A DNA stretch of 63,117 nucleotides, filler included, from Choristocarpus tenellus KU-1152 (GCA_964200185.2; 9 parts of 9 records of this genome joined end to end with filler, not necessarily neighbours in it), one strand, 5' to 3'; numbered from the whole stretch's first letter, positions 36,401 through 50,898 are shown. Translations and numbers: made by a program. The notes: a model not told the origin generated them from the letters alone.

Positions 36401-38390
36401 CAAGTGTGGTATCGTTGAGCTTCATGAAATCGCATACCACTAACATGATAATAGTACAACGAGGGTGGAACGCAAGCCAAATAACAAATGCAAAAATGCA
36501 AACAACAAGAAATTCTTTAATAAAAGGAAAGACGGCAAAAATAATGTATTGAAGACAAGTAACACCAGCATGCAATTCGCGGACAATCAAACAAAGAACT
36601 ACGAAGGACACAGGGGGGAAGAGCAAAAGACACAAAAGGAAATACAAGGTACGAAGAAGATGAAACAACGTGGGGAAAGTGAAAAAGAAAGACACACGAC
36701 AGAATCCAAATCTGTTGAACGGCGCCACCGTTTCCGATCGACACACGGTCGGACTGATAACGGCCATGGCGAATTGCAATAGTCTCCCGCAATACACCCC
36801 GTATTTCAGCGCTGGCGAACTCTACAACTCACCATGTAGGCGGTGTGATTGCACGGCCCACGGGTGGGGCACAAATAGCGCAATGGTGCCCTGAGGATGT
36901 ATCTTCACCTGCAAGCACTTCATCACCTGGCGCAAGTGGGTGTTGGTCGCCTTTTCGAAGTTGAGGAGTCTTGGCTCGGCAGCGATGGACTCAATGGCGA
37001 GCTTTGGCCGTTGCGGAAGGTGAACTCTTTCAGGCCATCTAAGGGTAGCGTGGGGTCGAGAGGGCGAAGGTCATGTAGTGCAGTGTTCTCAGCCCTGGTT
37101 GGACATCAGGACACATGACACAGTACACAGACAGCACGACGAAAATGACAGCACCGTAAGCAACGGTGGAGGCAATTGCATCAATAAGTGAGGTCCTGAT
37201 AATTTTTCCCGGCATCCCCAAAATGTTAAGCCGTACCCTCCACAATGCCAGACCCATCAGATACATCTCGTGGAAAGAGGGGAGACATCAAGCAAGTAAG
37301 TTCCACGGCCCATGGAAACCCCCCCCAAAAATGCCATATCGAACACACAAAGGACGAGCAATCCACATGATGTACAACCAGCCAAGACCCACGTGCAAAT
37401 CAACGCAAAACCGAACACGCATAGACGACTTGTATGTCCGTATAATGTGCAACCACGCCGAGATCCACATGCACTTCTCCATGTCCGCCGTTTCGCTGCA
37501 TGAGGGGGGACGTAAAAGGCTTTACCTGCTGGGTGACCCGCCTGCGCTCCTTGTGTTACGTTTACCCTTACCCTTGCCCCTGCCCCGACCCACCGCTGGA
37601 TTCCCCATCGGTCCAGTCCCTTCACTGCCCTCCTGTGCCACGGGGCAATTGATACACAACCGATCCTTGTGCCTCTCGTCACCCACATTCTCCACGTTGG
37701 CACATTCGCCCATGTGCGTGATGGAGCACTTTAGGCAGGAATACCTGCCGCGCGAGGTATCGAACGAGAGCGTCGAACAGACAGAATAGCATTTTTCCAA
37801 ATCATTAATTGGGCGCAACAACGCAACGCGGGGATCCACGGCTACGAAGGACCACGAAATTGGCGGCACAAAACAGTACGAAGTTCAGGTGAGATACAAC
37901 AGTCAGTTGCGACATGCACTAACACACTCGGGCTGTGGCAAACAAAGAGACCTGGGGGTAGCGACCGCAGCACCACACACAGAGGGACCCGAAGACATCC
38001 ACCAGTGTGGTGGCGTGCATTGCTGAAGCAAGACAACTTAGTTAGCCGTTCGGGCGATTGGATGAAAACCAATCTTACGCCATCAACTACCCACCATCCG
38101 CGTGTGCACCATTACAACTACATTACTCACCGAGCTGTAGGTGGAGGATTGCATTCAGTAAAACAAACGCCCGCATTCCACCCTCCATGGCCGTTTTGTT
38201 CTTCTTCCGCACCAGGAAGGCTGTCAACAGAACCCCCCTCACCTGTATCCTCCCTGCCTGGCAGTCCATCCCCTCCCTCGTCTTCATCCCNNNNNNNNNN
38301 NNNNNNNNNNNNNNNNNNNNNNNNNNNNNNNNNNTTAATTAATTAANNNNNNNNNNNNNNNNNNNNNNNNNNNNNNNNNNNNNNNNNNNN

Positions 38391-38415
38391 CCCCCCCCCC
38401 CAGATACTTTGACCC
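38391..38415 (+). mobile_element. Family B TIR at contig start (B5)
   Basis: CCCCCAGATACTTTGACCC. Confidence 0.7.
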
Positions 38416-39831
38416 AAGTCCAGGAACAAAAGTGAATGTATATGGCATCTTGCAAGAAGTGGGAGACACCAAACCATTGGTGTGCAAATAGTCTCAACCT
38501 CACCTCTTCTTTCCTGGCGTCCTTGTCGATGGCTACCTCCACCTGCTTCACGACCTCTTCTAAGTAAAGTGTTTGGTGGTATCGAGAGGTCTCCACAGCT
38601 GCCTTTGCTAAGATCACTTTCTCCTCCACCTTGCGAGCCCTTTTGACCTTCTTTCGGACTTTAGATCCCTTGTAGCCCAACCTTAACACCTTTATTCTCG
38701 TTTCCTTAAGCCACTCTGTCTCGCACAGCTTCCAAACAGCCAGGGCCTGCTGTAACTGTAAACTACTAAGATATTCTACACCAGGGTTTTCACTTAGGCG
38801 TTTTCTGTGTGCAGTGGCACGCAGTCGCACTGCTCTCTTCCTCAAATCTTCCCTTCACGTGGCTACCCCGGTTCTCCCTTCGCCTGCCGTGACCAGGCTT
38901 CCCNNNNNNNNNNCCCACAGACTTCGTCACTGTATCACCTGGTGATGGACTCACCGCTCTCTTCTGGCTTTTCCGAGGTGGCAGAGACTGCAGAACAGTG
39001 CTCCGACATGGTTGAAGATCCAACCACGTTCTTGCCGTAATGGTTTCAGTGTATCTTCTCTCAGCGTCAGTGTCGCGGCCCCGTGATCCATTTCGCGATT
39101 TGATTATCCTGCTGTGCCACAGTACACGCACTTTCTCCTCACCTAAGTTCGCACTGAGTGTCACACGGTACTTGCTTTCCCATCTCCTATCGACAAAGAA
39201 GGTGCCGAGTGTAGATCCAGGGGGAAGAGTGGCTTCGGCGGCTTCCTTGTCTCACCGTCATGGTTCACGTTGCTGTGTAAGTCACGCATGTGTGAACTCA
39301 CAAAAAGTCTGCAAAAGGCGTTAAAAAGATGTCCCGAAATTTGAGGGATTTTTTTCGGTATTTCCGCACTCGCCAAACTTGGGCAGCAACGTACCCTAGA
39401 CCAGGTTTTTGCAAGGAGTTCAGTCAACCATTTCATTATTGTCCGTTTTGAAGTCGTTACCTTCAAAATTGCGCCGGAGATATTCCCCCGCGTTTTTGTT
39501 ATTCTTTGATTGAGACATAGCTCTCCTGATCCTTGAAGCCGGGACATTCGTGGATACAAACCTTCAAAAAGCTCTTGTCATACCCTTTCAATTGATACAT
39601 ATATAAATTGTAGTAAGACTATTGTCGTACCCCGGTGAAAAAAACTACGATTGCCACACAGGGAGAAGCTACTGATACCACCTTACTGAAAAATAGTGTC
39701 ATATTTAGACCTATATCACCTCAATCACCTTGAAATAGTCACCACACCTCTCAACACTCAATCAACTCTCCCCCAACCCAGTCTGGCACGCCCCCATCCT
39801 CCTTTTGAAGACAGTTAAGAACGATCGAAGA

Positions 39832-40660
39832 ATGAAGTTACTGGCAGTCGGTACTCTTCTCCTTGTCGCCCTTGGTATCGCGCCTGCAGCTGGCGATGAC
39901 TTTGCCCCTGCACCCGGTCGTGCTCTCCAAACAGTAACCTCCACCCCCACCGAGACGCCCCCTCCAACAGAAAGTAAGAAAACGCCAAATGTGGTGACGT
40001 TTAGAAGTTGAAGAAGAAGGATTACATGTACATTCCACTGACCGAGTTTCTCTCTCTTCGCTGTCTCGTCAACTCATACTCAGTGCTCGTGCAAGATGTG
40101 ACCACAGTGAGCATCAAGGCTACCGCTTTTGACACTCGCTCCAAGTCGGAAGGTGGTTGCAAGGTTACTGGCTGCAAGCCAAAAAGAGTCCTGGTCAGTA
40201 TTTCGTCGATGTACTTGTAGGCAACATTCGTGGTTTCACTTTTGCTTTAAAGTAATATCTACGCAGGGATCTCTCAAGCCCTGTGTGCCGGGGGTAGAGG
40301 ATATCTCAAACGCATCCTTTGCTACACCAAGCGTAGGGCTCACCAACACGCCCCTTCTTGCCTTGGCCCACTACAGGATGGGGTTGTGGAAGATCAGTCT
40401 CGCTGGTCGTGCACTAAAGCCCTTGCGGACCCTAAGAAAGTGCATTTTGACACTTACCTTTGGCAAACCCTAGAATATTATTGAAATGTATCGAATGTTA
40501 TCCGTACTATTTAAAATATTGAAGGTGATCAGCGTATTGAAGATTTCATTTGGAGAAAGGCAAATTCGAACGATCGGTAGCAGAACTTTTTTTTCATCTT
40601 CCACAGTATCGGTATTGCCTCGTTCGTAGTCCGAGGTAGAGATTCCATTCTGGCTTTCTT
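39832..40660 (+). pseudogene. Secreted protein with a brown-algal/phaeovirus EsV-1-163/164-like domain, copy 1 (exons 39832-39973, 40084-40193, 40377 onward); apparently disrupted
   Basis: Signal peptide MKLLAVGTLLLVALGIAPAAG, a P/T linker, then ATAFDTRSKSEGGCKVTGCKPKRVL-DGVVEDQSRWSC. The expected CILTLTFGKP follows in another frame with a TAG. Confidence 0.65.
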
Positions 40661-41459
40661 ATATTTTTTTTGTTAGAAGCAAGGGATGTGAATGTTGTTG
40701 GATTGTTTTTTTGTATGTGTTTGAATATTTTGTTAGTCAAGGTATTCCTTCTTTGCCTCAAGAAGTAGTACTTTTCCTACCTGTTACTTCTTGTATGCAC
40801 TCCACAAAAGTCATGGCGCCAAACTTACCACTTACCATCACAAAAAGCGTCGATAGTGCAAAACAGATACCAATACTTGATAGGGAGTTATATAATAATT
40901 GGCTTCGGTTGTTTCGCCTCATTCTCAATATGACTGGCGTTCCTACACTACACAGGCGGTGGTATTTTCCTCTCACTTCCTGGAAATAATTTCGTGCATT
41001 GAGAACGGGAATACACGAGCACGCTAACAAGTAGCCAGATAATTTCATTCTCCATCCGAAGCGTGGCACTGTTACTACATACCACCTGTATAGTACAACA
41101 AACCAAAATGTTCCTTGCAATATGTAACATTATTTATGTATATATTGGAATATTGTGTATATTTTACTCAATATAATATTGCGGTAGATGTGCCATGGAC
41201 GGGTCGCATTTCAAATCTCCGACACTGTGACGTGGATAATGTTCGTGATCATGTGCAATCTACGCACACTGTTTTACCATTTGAACACTTCTCATAACGA
41301 GTAGTCAACAACTCGAGCATTCAACAACACAGACATACACATCAAATATCCACAACTTGTCGAACAATAAGGAAGGACAGCCCAATTGAAACTCCATTCT
41401 GATTCTGAATTATCTCTGCTTCTGCTCATTTTAACGTCCAGTTATTCCTAGGACATCCA

Positions 41460-42120
41460 TTGTGTGTGCTATCTCCTGAGTCCACAACTATGGATCAAGG
41501 CACCTCTAGTAGGTCACTTGAGCATAATGAGGCGTCTGTGCAGTGGCCGAAGGAAAGCACTGTCCTTATGCCAGGCCTTAACCGGTACTGTGTCTCGACA
41601 GACATTCAAGTTGACCATGAAGAGGACAACCCCACCCCAGAAATCGACATCAGATCTGGCTTGGAGCTTCGACTGAAGGACAGAAAATTACTTTGTAGAT
41701 TCTCACCTTCGTCGGCACAAATCTGGATCAATGTTCCGACTCCACTGTAGAACTCAGTAATTGTGCTCTCGACCAATATCATAATCCCACTCTCAAGGTT
41801 GGTCTCTTTACGGGCCCCTTTAAGGAATGCCGTAATCTTTCTGGTGACCCTCAACTTTACTGCACACTCGAACACAGGTATCTTTGTCTTGAAAGCAGTT
41901 GTCCTCAAGACTGTATTGCCTACACTGCACCAAGGACTTTCCAAGATTTCCGTTTTCGCTAAAAAACCAAGACTTGGTCTGCGAAGTGCACGGGTGACGC
42001 TGGACAAAGGACAATTTTGGCGATACTTCCTCGAGGTTGTGACCCACAACATCATCCCCTTGAGAAGATGTCTCCAATATTTGGTACAGGGAACTTACTG
42101 GAAACTATACCTTCCCTGAT
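41460..42120 (-). mobile_element. Degenerate Ty3/Gypsy integrase remnant
   Basis: KYRQNCPLS...RRPSLGFL....ESPWCSVG...TRK...FYSGVGTLIQICADEGENLQSNF follows the integrase zinc-finger/core layout. Confidence 0.55.
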
Positions 42121-43422
42121 GAAGAGAGACTCTCCATTCTCGGGGCTGTTGCGATGAGTGAAAATATTTCAAGGAGACATAATATTGACGTCCTGTTGGA
42201 GAAGAGTGTTGACAGCTATACCCACGTGTTGTTGTATCACCTGGTCAACGGCCCTTGAGTAACAGGGTTTGGCCCAGTGGTAAGTATTTGGATGGCTGCT
42301 TCTACCTGGTGGGGGACTGGCAGAAAGTATTGGTTTGGGCCTGGGGAGTAAAGTTTGGGGTGGGGCGAGGGGCAATGATGGACGTTTATGGGAACTCATG
42401 GGGGGGGCGGGATGGACTTAGATGAAAATACAATTTTGACCGAGAAAATCTCGATGAAACAGATGGGGACTCCCTAGACGACACCTCCTTTTACCCAAAT
42501 ATTTATGTTAGAGGGGACTTCTTTGTACCCACTGCTTTCTGATGGAACAACCTAAAACAGGTTGTAGAGAGATATGTGGAAGTTCAAGATGGGATCAGTT
42601 TCTCTCGCCTCAAGCTGGTGGTCTACACGCTGTGAAGTTGTCACCTGAGTCACATTTTGGAATTTCGGTAGAGGGTATGGGAGTAGTGGTGTATTTTAGT
42701 TTGGGAGGGGAAGAATGAAGCCCGTATCCACTGGACGGGTAGATCAATTGGTGGAGTTGCTGGAATCACAATTTGTACGTCAATATACGGACTGCTTTGC
42801 ACCTTCTTTGTCCAGAACTTACTTTCAATTCTCGTAGGGAAGTAGATCATATAAGAAACAATAAGTTAATGGTATAAAATGTACTATGTTCAGAAGAAAT
42901 GAGAATAGGAAACATTGTAGACATATATTTCAGGAATAGGAAACATATTAACAAATATCCAGCGATGAATGATTAGCGACTAGTGATCCAAGGAATAACA
43001 TGGATTGGTTACAAGGGAGCAGCACCCCCTCGTGGGATGAAGGTTCACTCCTTTCTCCTTCCATCTTAATCTACAACCTGTCATACCCAGCCAGGACTAT
43101 AATCAATGCATTTATATGCACAAGTCCTACGAAACACCATATCCCTTAACATCTTTGTTGGGGTGTCTGGAATAAAATTCTAGATGCCTTTGACCTGGAT
43201 CTACTGGAATTTAAGATGAGGTGCGACATCACAGATTGGGTGATTGTTAGTTCCCCCTTTGCCCCTCCCGCTCCAGAGAGAAAACCTGTCCACGCTACCT
43301 CCTCCCGAGTTTGAGGCGGATCAAGAAGTTAGTCGGATATTGTGCTGACAGTTAAATATCTCTAGTAGACTCGGGGCTGCTTCTGCGGGATAGTATGAAG
43401 GTAAATGAAAGGACAGGGGCAG

Positions 43423-43459
<37 letters not shown>

Positions 43460-46270
43460 GAGAAGAGGCAAGGATTGAGGAAAGGTCTAGGCCTCGGATG
43501 AGTGGTATTTATATACATACATATATATTAATTTGCCAGGGGAGTTTTGCATTTGGCAATAGCTTTCGCTTTGTGCATGGAAAAGAACTTAGCCCATGGG
43601 GAGGAGATGCGGCTCCAGCTTCGGTGGGTTGAGGCCATAGCAGCTTGATATCTTTCAGTCGAAATAAAGGGGAGAGGAAGGAAGACTTGGGGGAACGAAG
43701 GATAGGAGGTGGGGAGGGTGGGGGTGGGGAGGGAAAACCACATTGCAGTAATTTCAGAGTTTTTGGTAGTGGGAGGGGCTTTCGGACAAATAAATTAGGA
43801 GGTGTGGACTCTAGGAAGGTGAAGGAAGGAATTTGAGTGTACTCGGATACATGGGGGAGGGGAATGGGGGGAGGACAGACAGGCTTGGGAAGGGGGAGGG
43901 TCTTGTTATATGCAACTTTCCAATTCCTTTTTGACTCTTCAAAAGTAACACGATGATGTAGAGGCAAAAATTTGAAATTACGTAGTTAACATCAGATCAT
44001 TATCATTTTATTATCGCATATTAGCCCGGAACAATCCTGACCCGTGGTCAAGGGCACTACATACTTTTACAACACGCTCCAGAACTCACCTCCACAGGAT
44101 GTGCAACTCTAATCCAACGATCTTAGGACAACACTACGGGAGGGTCACAGTTGATAGCCACGAATGGGTGTCAGCTACTCTTCTCTCGATGCTTCAACCA
44201 GTGCTTAGGTCAATGCTTGACTTAATGACTTTAATCGAGATAAAAAGAGTGAGTCAAGAGATACGATGAGCGGCGTTCAATTTTTTTTTTTTCATCATGC
44301 ACCCAGATTCTACTGATTACAAATTGAAAGACATCTGCCAACCGTTGTATACGTACTCAAATTACAAATCTTTATTCTGTAATTCCCAGGAATTGACGCC
44401 TATTCTGTGAGGTTATGGATGCATTTCGAATCTTACTCTGCATCTTCTATCAATTCGATATTTCTCTTCTTGTATGAACTCTTACGCATGTATACTGTTC
44501 ACGCATGATTGCACGTGGAAAGAAATGCTCGCGCTATTCGCCTGTATCAATACTACACTGCTTCTCATACTTAACTGCTGACAAACTGTTGGAGTATTGC
44601 AATTATATTACCTACGTTCCTGCCTTCTACCTCGTGTGTTGAGTTCACGCTTGTTGCTCCATCTCCTCCCTCAAAGATACCCACCTCGAAGTTTCTACCT
44701 CGATTTTGGTCCAGCGTTATTATGGTATGACACAGACAGGATAGTACAGGATGTCCAATCAGTTGTGTCTCAGTGATGGATTTTAATGACGGTTTCATGA
44801 ATGTCACTATGACCTTGAAGTCCTAGATTTTCTGCACTTACACTTCTTGACTACTTGCTATTTAGTCATTATGAGATCATGCGCTCAACAAGAGTAGTAG
44901 TTGTTCGACACCCTATTTATCCCCTTTGGAACCAACAAAGTGGATAATCGAAGTGAGAGACCTAGCAAATCTTGAGATATTTCCTTATTCAAAGTGAGAG
45001 GCCCAGCATATTTGAAGACAGTTCGTTCAAGGAGCACTTTACGAGCCTCGTCAATGCCCTACAGGCCTATATCCCATAATGGTAAGCTTGAGGAGGGTTT
45101 GTAACAATTGTAGTTGCCCTGAGAAAAATATAATGGAAACCATGTTGTCGTGAAAAAAGTTAACCAGCGGAAGGATTCCAACACAACTGTCTAAACGGAA
45201 TGGCAATCCTCCACAACTCATCATCAACTACTCCTACCCGATCAGGGAATCTTCGTGACAATATGAAAATATATATCTTACATATTTACGACAATAGTTA
45301 CTTTTATCGGGGCTCTTACCATAATCATTTTTTTTTTCTGGCACATCTGCAAAGTGTGACAATAGAATAATATGTATGACAAAAGGAACAGATTCTACTA
45401 CCACCAAAGTTTCATAAAATTAGTCTCCCGTCGGGGAAGCAATTTCATATTGTTTGTGTTGTTACTTTTTGACATTTTGTTGATGTGATGGGGAAATAGC
45501 TGCCCTGAATTAAAAAATAATTTTGTCATTGTCCTCATTTGAAAAAATATAACCTTTATCAAACCAATCAGAAGAAACTTTGTATCTATCTCGAATAACG
45601 TAAGGGATCAAGAAGGAGATGAGAAAAAATACGATCGAACAACTATTAAGTCATACTATTGGAAGGAATATGGAACCAATAACCACCTCATATGTATCAA
45701 AGTGAACGTCGGGGATTACAGAGATATAAGAAGACCTACTTCCGAAACGAAATACTGCCCTACAATCAAACGTCAGAACTTCAAAGAATGGAGAAACTAT
45801 TGCGGTCAGGTTTGAAAATATCTCTTATTATAAAGTATAAGTGAAACGAGTTATTTGTCGAACGTATCAGGCTAATGTAAAATATATTGATCTATTCTCT
45901 ATACTCAAACAAATATCTTTGTCTTTGTACACACTCCAAATATCAGTTCCTAAATATGCTATTTCTTTTGTGAGAATAGATCAGAACCAAATCGAATATG
46001 ACATCTATAATTAGTGTATATGTCTAGAATGTTTCCTGATTTTTATCCTGGAATTCGCACATAAATTCTAGAAAACGTGTACATATCATTTTCTGACGAA
46101 ATTTCATAGATACTAGAATAATCGTAATCATATTTACAGTTGACTTAACTAGTTCACTTCGAAATAGTCACCACACCTCTCAACACTCAATCAACTCTCC
46201 CCCAACCCGGTCTGGCACGCCCCCATCCTCCTTTTGAAGACAGTTAGAAGTGTTTAAGAACGATCGAAGA

Positions 46271-46575
46271 ATGAAGTTACTGGCAGTCGGTACTCTTCTC
46301 CTTGTCGCCCTTGGCATCGCGCCTGCAGCTGGCGATGACTTTGCCCCTGCACCCAGTCGTGCTCTCCAAACAGTAACCTCCGCCCCCACCGAGACGCCCC
46401 CTCCAACAGAAAGTAAGAAAACGCCAAATGTGGTGACGTTTAGAAGTTGAAGAAGGATTACATGTACATTCCACTGACCGAGTTTCTCTCTCTTCGCTGT
46501 CTCGTCAACTCATACTCAGTGCTCGTGCAAGATGTGACCACAGTGAGCATCAAGGCTACCGCTTTTGACACTCGC
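46271..46575 (+). CDS. Copy 2 of the EsV-1-163/164-like secreted protein (exon 46271-46412, exon from 46520, cut by contig end)
   Basis: 46161-46575 is near-identical to 39732-40139, including the upstream region and intron. Confidence 0.75.
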
Positions 46576-46694
46576 NNNNNNNNNNNNNNNNNNNNNNNNN
46601 NNNNNNNNNNNNNNNNNNNTTAATTAATTAANNNNNNNNNNNNNNNNNNNNNNNNNNNNNNNNNNNNNNNNNNNNCTTGTGTTACTTGCATTTT

Positions 46695-46872
46695 GCCTCA
46701 AAGTATCTGTGGGGGGGTGGGGGTCTACACCAGGGTGTCCATTCGGGCCCTGACCAGGAGAAGTGCACTTACATTGTCCATCCAACGCATGTAACCAAAT
46801 CACCCAAAAATCGTGACATGGAAAAACGGGTCCCGACTGGACAGCCGCCACCTCCGCCAGATACTTTGAGCC
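46695..46872 (+). mobile_element. Family B MITE copy B6
   Basis: GCCTCAAAGTATCTG ... CCAGATACTTTGAGCC; flanks TTTT/TTTG. Confidence 0.88.
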
Positions 46873-48926
46873 TTTGAGCACTGTGGAGGGTACTTTCTGC
46901 TAACAGTGTGTTCACTGTTAATCATCTTCTTCTCAAAATGGCTTCATTCATTACAAAGTGCGTCTGTACTGCTAGTGAAGTTTGTATGCACATTCATGTG
47001 TGTGTGCAGACAATACGCTGGTGGAATATTCTCCATCTATTTTAGCAAACCTTAGAACTTTTTTAGTCCCCCTTTCGGGGTAGAACAGAACGTTGTTAAA
47101 TTTTCTTGTGTGCGATCTCTAGACTCTTACCTCTAGTGAACTTGATGTTTAGAGACCTTCCAGGCAAGATGCTGGGGGTCAAGATTGGAGGATTTGGTGA
47201 AAACTGATGGTGGTGCCTCCAAGATTACCTTACCGTTTCGAGATCGAAAATGAAAAGAGTAGTTTTCTTGCAGAAGATCCAAACCGATGTTAATGGGTTT
47301 TGTGGGAGATGGGGCCAAACACTTCCTCGTGAATGCCTGGTATTCTAGGGAGGCCCAAGCAGTCGCAGCACGCCGCATGAAAGAAGTACAGTCACCAAAC
47401 TCACGTGACACTACCTGCGTGAAATTGCCTGAGGTTGGTTAAGGAGTCTGACTTGGGATAACCTCCTTGGTACTGGTGGTGGTATGTACGTGGTGTGTGT
47501 TGCTGGTGAGTGTAATGTGCCTGATCTGATGTTTTTCTGATGTTTGATTGTGAGTGGATATATACCCCTCCTTGGACTTAATGTGATCCTTGATGTTGGA
47601 GCTGATACCTTTTGGGGGGTGGGGGTGGGGGTGGAAATCCACTTTGGATAATTCTCTTTCCTCTGTATTCTACCATGATAAGTTTTTGCGTTTAATCCTT
47701 TTTCATATTTGTACATTCTATTTATGTATCTGTTTCTCTTTTCGTTCTGGATTACTTCTGGTGCATTTTTTCTTTTTGTCGGCTACATTTTATTCAATTC
47801 TGATCTCATTTGGAATACAATAACTATCATTTTGCGAGGACCAGCCCAAAACTAGGTCCCCTCACGTTTGCCTGATCGGGTTAAACACCCTCTTTAGGTC
47901 ATTAAAGAGCATAGTCCCATGCCATTATTCTTCCACTATTATACATGCTAAGGTTGGAATGGTATGTGACGATGGATTGTCATTAATCTGTCTTTGTTTT
48001 TCAAGCTTCACCATGCTCTTCTTCCTGTGTCTTACTGTGGAGTGAATAATTATTGTTGGTGTATGTGTGGATCGGTCTTGTTCCCCAATCCTGCTGTCAC
48101 GGTGTTGTTCCTTGTTCCAGCTGTTCTGGCCACTAGGCCATAACACACTACATAACCTGGCAATTCCTACGAACAAAATGCACCACTATACAAGAAAGAC
48201 ACCTGTTAACAATGGGTGACATTGGTTGCTGACTTCAAGGGAAAGACTCGACTTCAAAGTCCCATATCCCTTAGATGGATGCATATTGGGAGGGGGGAGC
48301 AAACAAAACATACATCCTATAGAGAATGAGAGTCATCCTCAAACAAACCTCATGCCTCCTTCTGGAGGTCACGTCTTACTTAGTGGGGCAGAGAGTGATG
48401 CCTCCATGAAGAAAAATGCTTTTGAATACACTCTAGAGTTCAACACCGAACGTTGCCCACAAGAAGCGCCACCAGGTGCTCTTATCCAAACTACACACTA
48501 TTCCTGACCACATGTACCAATCTTTGACTGGGCGGACCCCTTCTTCCTCTCCCACATCAATGCGCACATGCCAACCAACAGGAAGGTCCTCCGGGACAGG
48601 ATGACCAGATCCTTCGGGAGGACATGCTATGAGAACAAATGCATCTACACAATGAGGATGCCCTCAAACATATTACCTTTCTTTCAGACTACCGCTTCAA
48701 CTGTCATACCAAGGAATACCACATCCATGCTTGAATTCTAGTCGAAGGTGAAGGGGCTCCAACCTTCCAGGGCTCATTGGGTGCCCCCCCGGCTCCAGAT
48801 ACTGCCTAGTTGGTGTATTGGAGGGTATCTATTGTGTTGCGATTGTTGTATTCTCTCCCTTGTTAGTTCCACTTCCTCCACATGACATGTTCAAAACACC
48901 AGTGAGGCTATAATGATATACTTTTC

Positions 48927-49144
48927 GAGTGAAAGTATCTTAGAGGGTACGGGTTTTGCCCTGTTTGTCTCTTTGGGGCTTGGCTACCCACGGGTTTTCT
49001 GACATTTTCCTACTCCGAAATTTTTCGGAGTAGGTCAAATGTGTAAGTTATCAAAAGGCATGTCCTTAACAAGGATATTGATACTTCCAATTGGATTTAT
49101 GCCCCCAAACGGACATGGCTCAACCCTCTAAGATACATTGTCTC
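48927..49144 (-). mobile_element. Family A MITE copy A10 (internal deletion)
   Basis: GAGTGAAAGTATCTTAGAGGGTAC ... CCCTCTAAGATACATTGTCTC; flanks TTTC/TTTT. Confidence 0.88.
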
Positions 49145-50669
49145 TTTTCTACACAAAGAAGTACAACATAAGTTTTTCACGACTAATAAGGAACGTTTGC
49201 ATACTCCTGAGTGAGTATTCTTCTGATTGGGCAAGGGCAGGATGAAGTTTCTCCTGGTTCTCTTTCTCGCATCTCCTCAGATTATCACACCTACAGGGTC
49301 GAATGGAGCATCCTCTTGTTGAACCCCCAACTTTTTCTCTTTTGTCAAGTTTTTCTCATCGTTCCATCTTGCATGCTCAGCCTCGCCTGGTGACCTACCA
49401 GTATTCTCCATCTACAGTAGCAATACACCTTGGATTTGCTCGCAACAGCATAATAGGGACTCGAGTCCCTCACACGTCAGAGTGGCAAACACTTCTTGAT
49501 TAATACCAACTTGCTCCAATTCCCATCTGCCAACCCTACACAGCAGCTATTTGCGTTCAAATTCGGTCACCTCTGCTGGTGTGAGAACTGGGCCAGGTTG
49601 TGGGATATGTATCTACCTGACCACCTTGTATTTGCGAAAATAGCTAACAATGCAGAAAAAAAAGACAATTCGGGCAACATATTAGTGACAATTGATATGC
49701 AGGAAGGGACAAGAGTGATGGTTGGTTGATACAGTGGCATTGAGTCAACATTGCCTGTGGGGGATCATAACGTTATAGGTAGGGCTGTAAATTGCAATTA
49801 TAGAGTAAACCTATTTGAAGGTGTAAGATACTGCACAAAGATGAGTACAATTAATTTTGCGTTCACAAGGACAAGCCTTTTCCACCTCGAAACTTTCCGC
49901 TACTCCCTACAACACACAAAAAATAAAATAAAATATGATTTAGGGCCTGACTGAAAGCATGGATAGTAAATAACATGTATGTACCTAGGTTCTGCCATTT
50001 GGTGATATTGCCATAAATTTTGTAGAGGAGTACCACAGAATGAGCAAGGTGATGAGAGCTTCAGCAGCTCTTAAGGAAATATCTCATGCTTTTCCATTCT
50101 GTTGGTCACTTTAGGACCTGAGGCACTTGAAGCAGTCATCACACAAAATACGCAGAAAACTAGTACGTACAATATATCCCCACCCACGATTGATGCTGCA
50201 TCACTAGTAAATCTATACTTTCCTGGAATGCTCTCTCTTTCCTTAGTCGCCATGTTGTGTATGGTGCAGGGATTTCCCTATCTACTGGCTCTAACTGCAC
50301 TAACTTAGGTATGTTATGTCCGAGTATAGGCCCTCGTCGTATGATGGGGTTTTGGCTATGATTTGGAACTCTTACCTAGCCTGCTTGGCATATCGACATT
50401 TTACAAGGGAGGTGTGAGATCTGCCCACCTCTTGTTCAGGAGCATCTAAAAAACGCGCCAGGAAAACATGAAAACGTGAGGAGAATATAACTCAAAACTG
50501 GCCGTGACTAGTGGTGGATACCCTAAAATACTGCACTTTGAGCCCACTGACACCTTCAGCAAATCGAATGGAATTCTTCGTTCTCAGGAAGCTACAATAT
50601 ACGAGATGGATGGACCCTAGAGAACAGAGGGTATAAGTTAGGAACACGACCTAGACGCGCTTGAAGTAT

Positions 50670-50898
50670 GAGCCAAAGTATCTTAGAGGGTAGAGCCGCG
50701 TCCATTTGGTAATTTTGGCTATTGTGTTTGTTAGGAAGTGTCAATGTCCATGTTCTGGACACAACTTTTCATAATGTACACATTTTACCTACTCCTAAAT
50801 ATTTTGGAGTGGGTAAATGTAATAAAAAAAGACATTGGAAGCCAAGTCCCAAATGGACAAACATGGAAAAACTCGTACCCTCTAAGATACTTTCACTC
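50670..50898 (+). mobile_element. Family A MITE copy A11
   Basis: Both TIRs intact, with a perfect 4-bp TSD GTAT. Confidence 0.93.

Noticed and set aside
43509-43967. 152-aa Pro-rich minus-strand ORF
   Set aside because: It is low-complexity sequence in a repeat-derived region with no recognisable domain.
48200-48790. Possible Gypsy pol 3' end with chromodomain
   Set aside because: It is too degenerate to support by eye and needs a frameshift-aware search.
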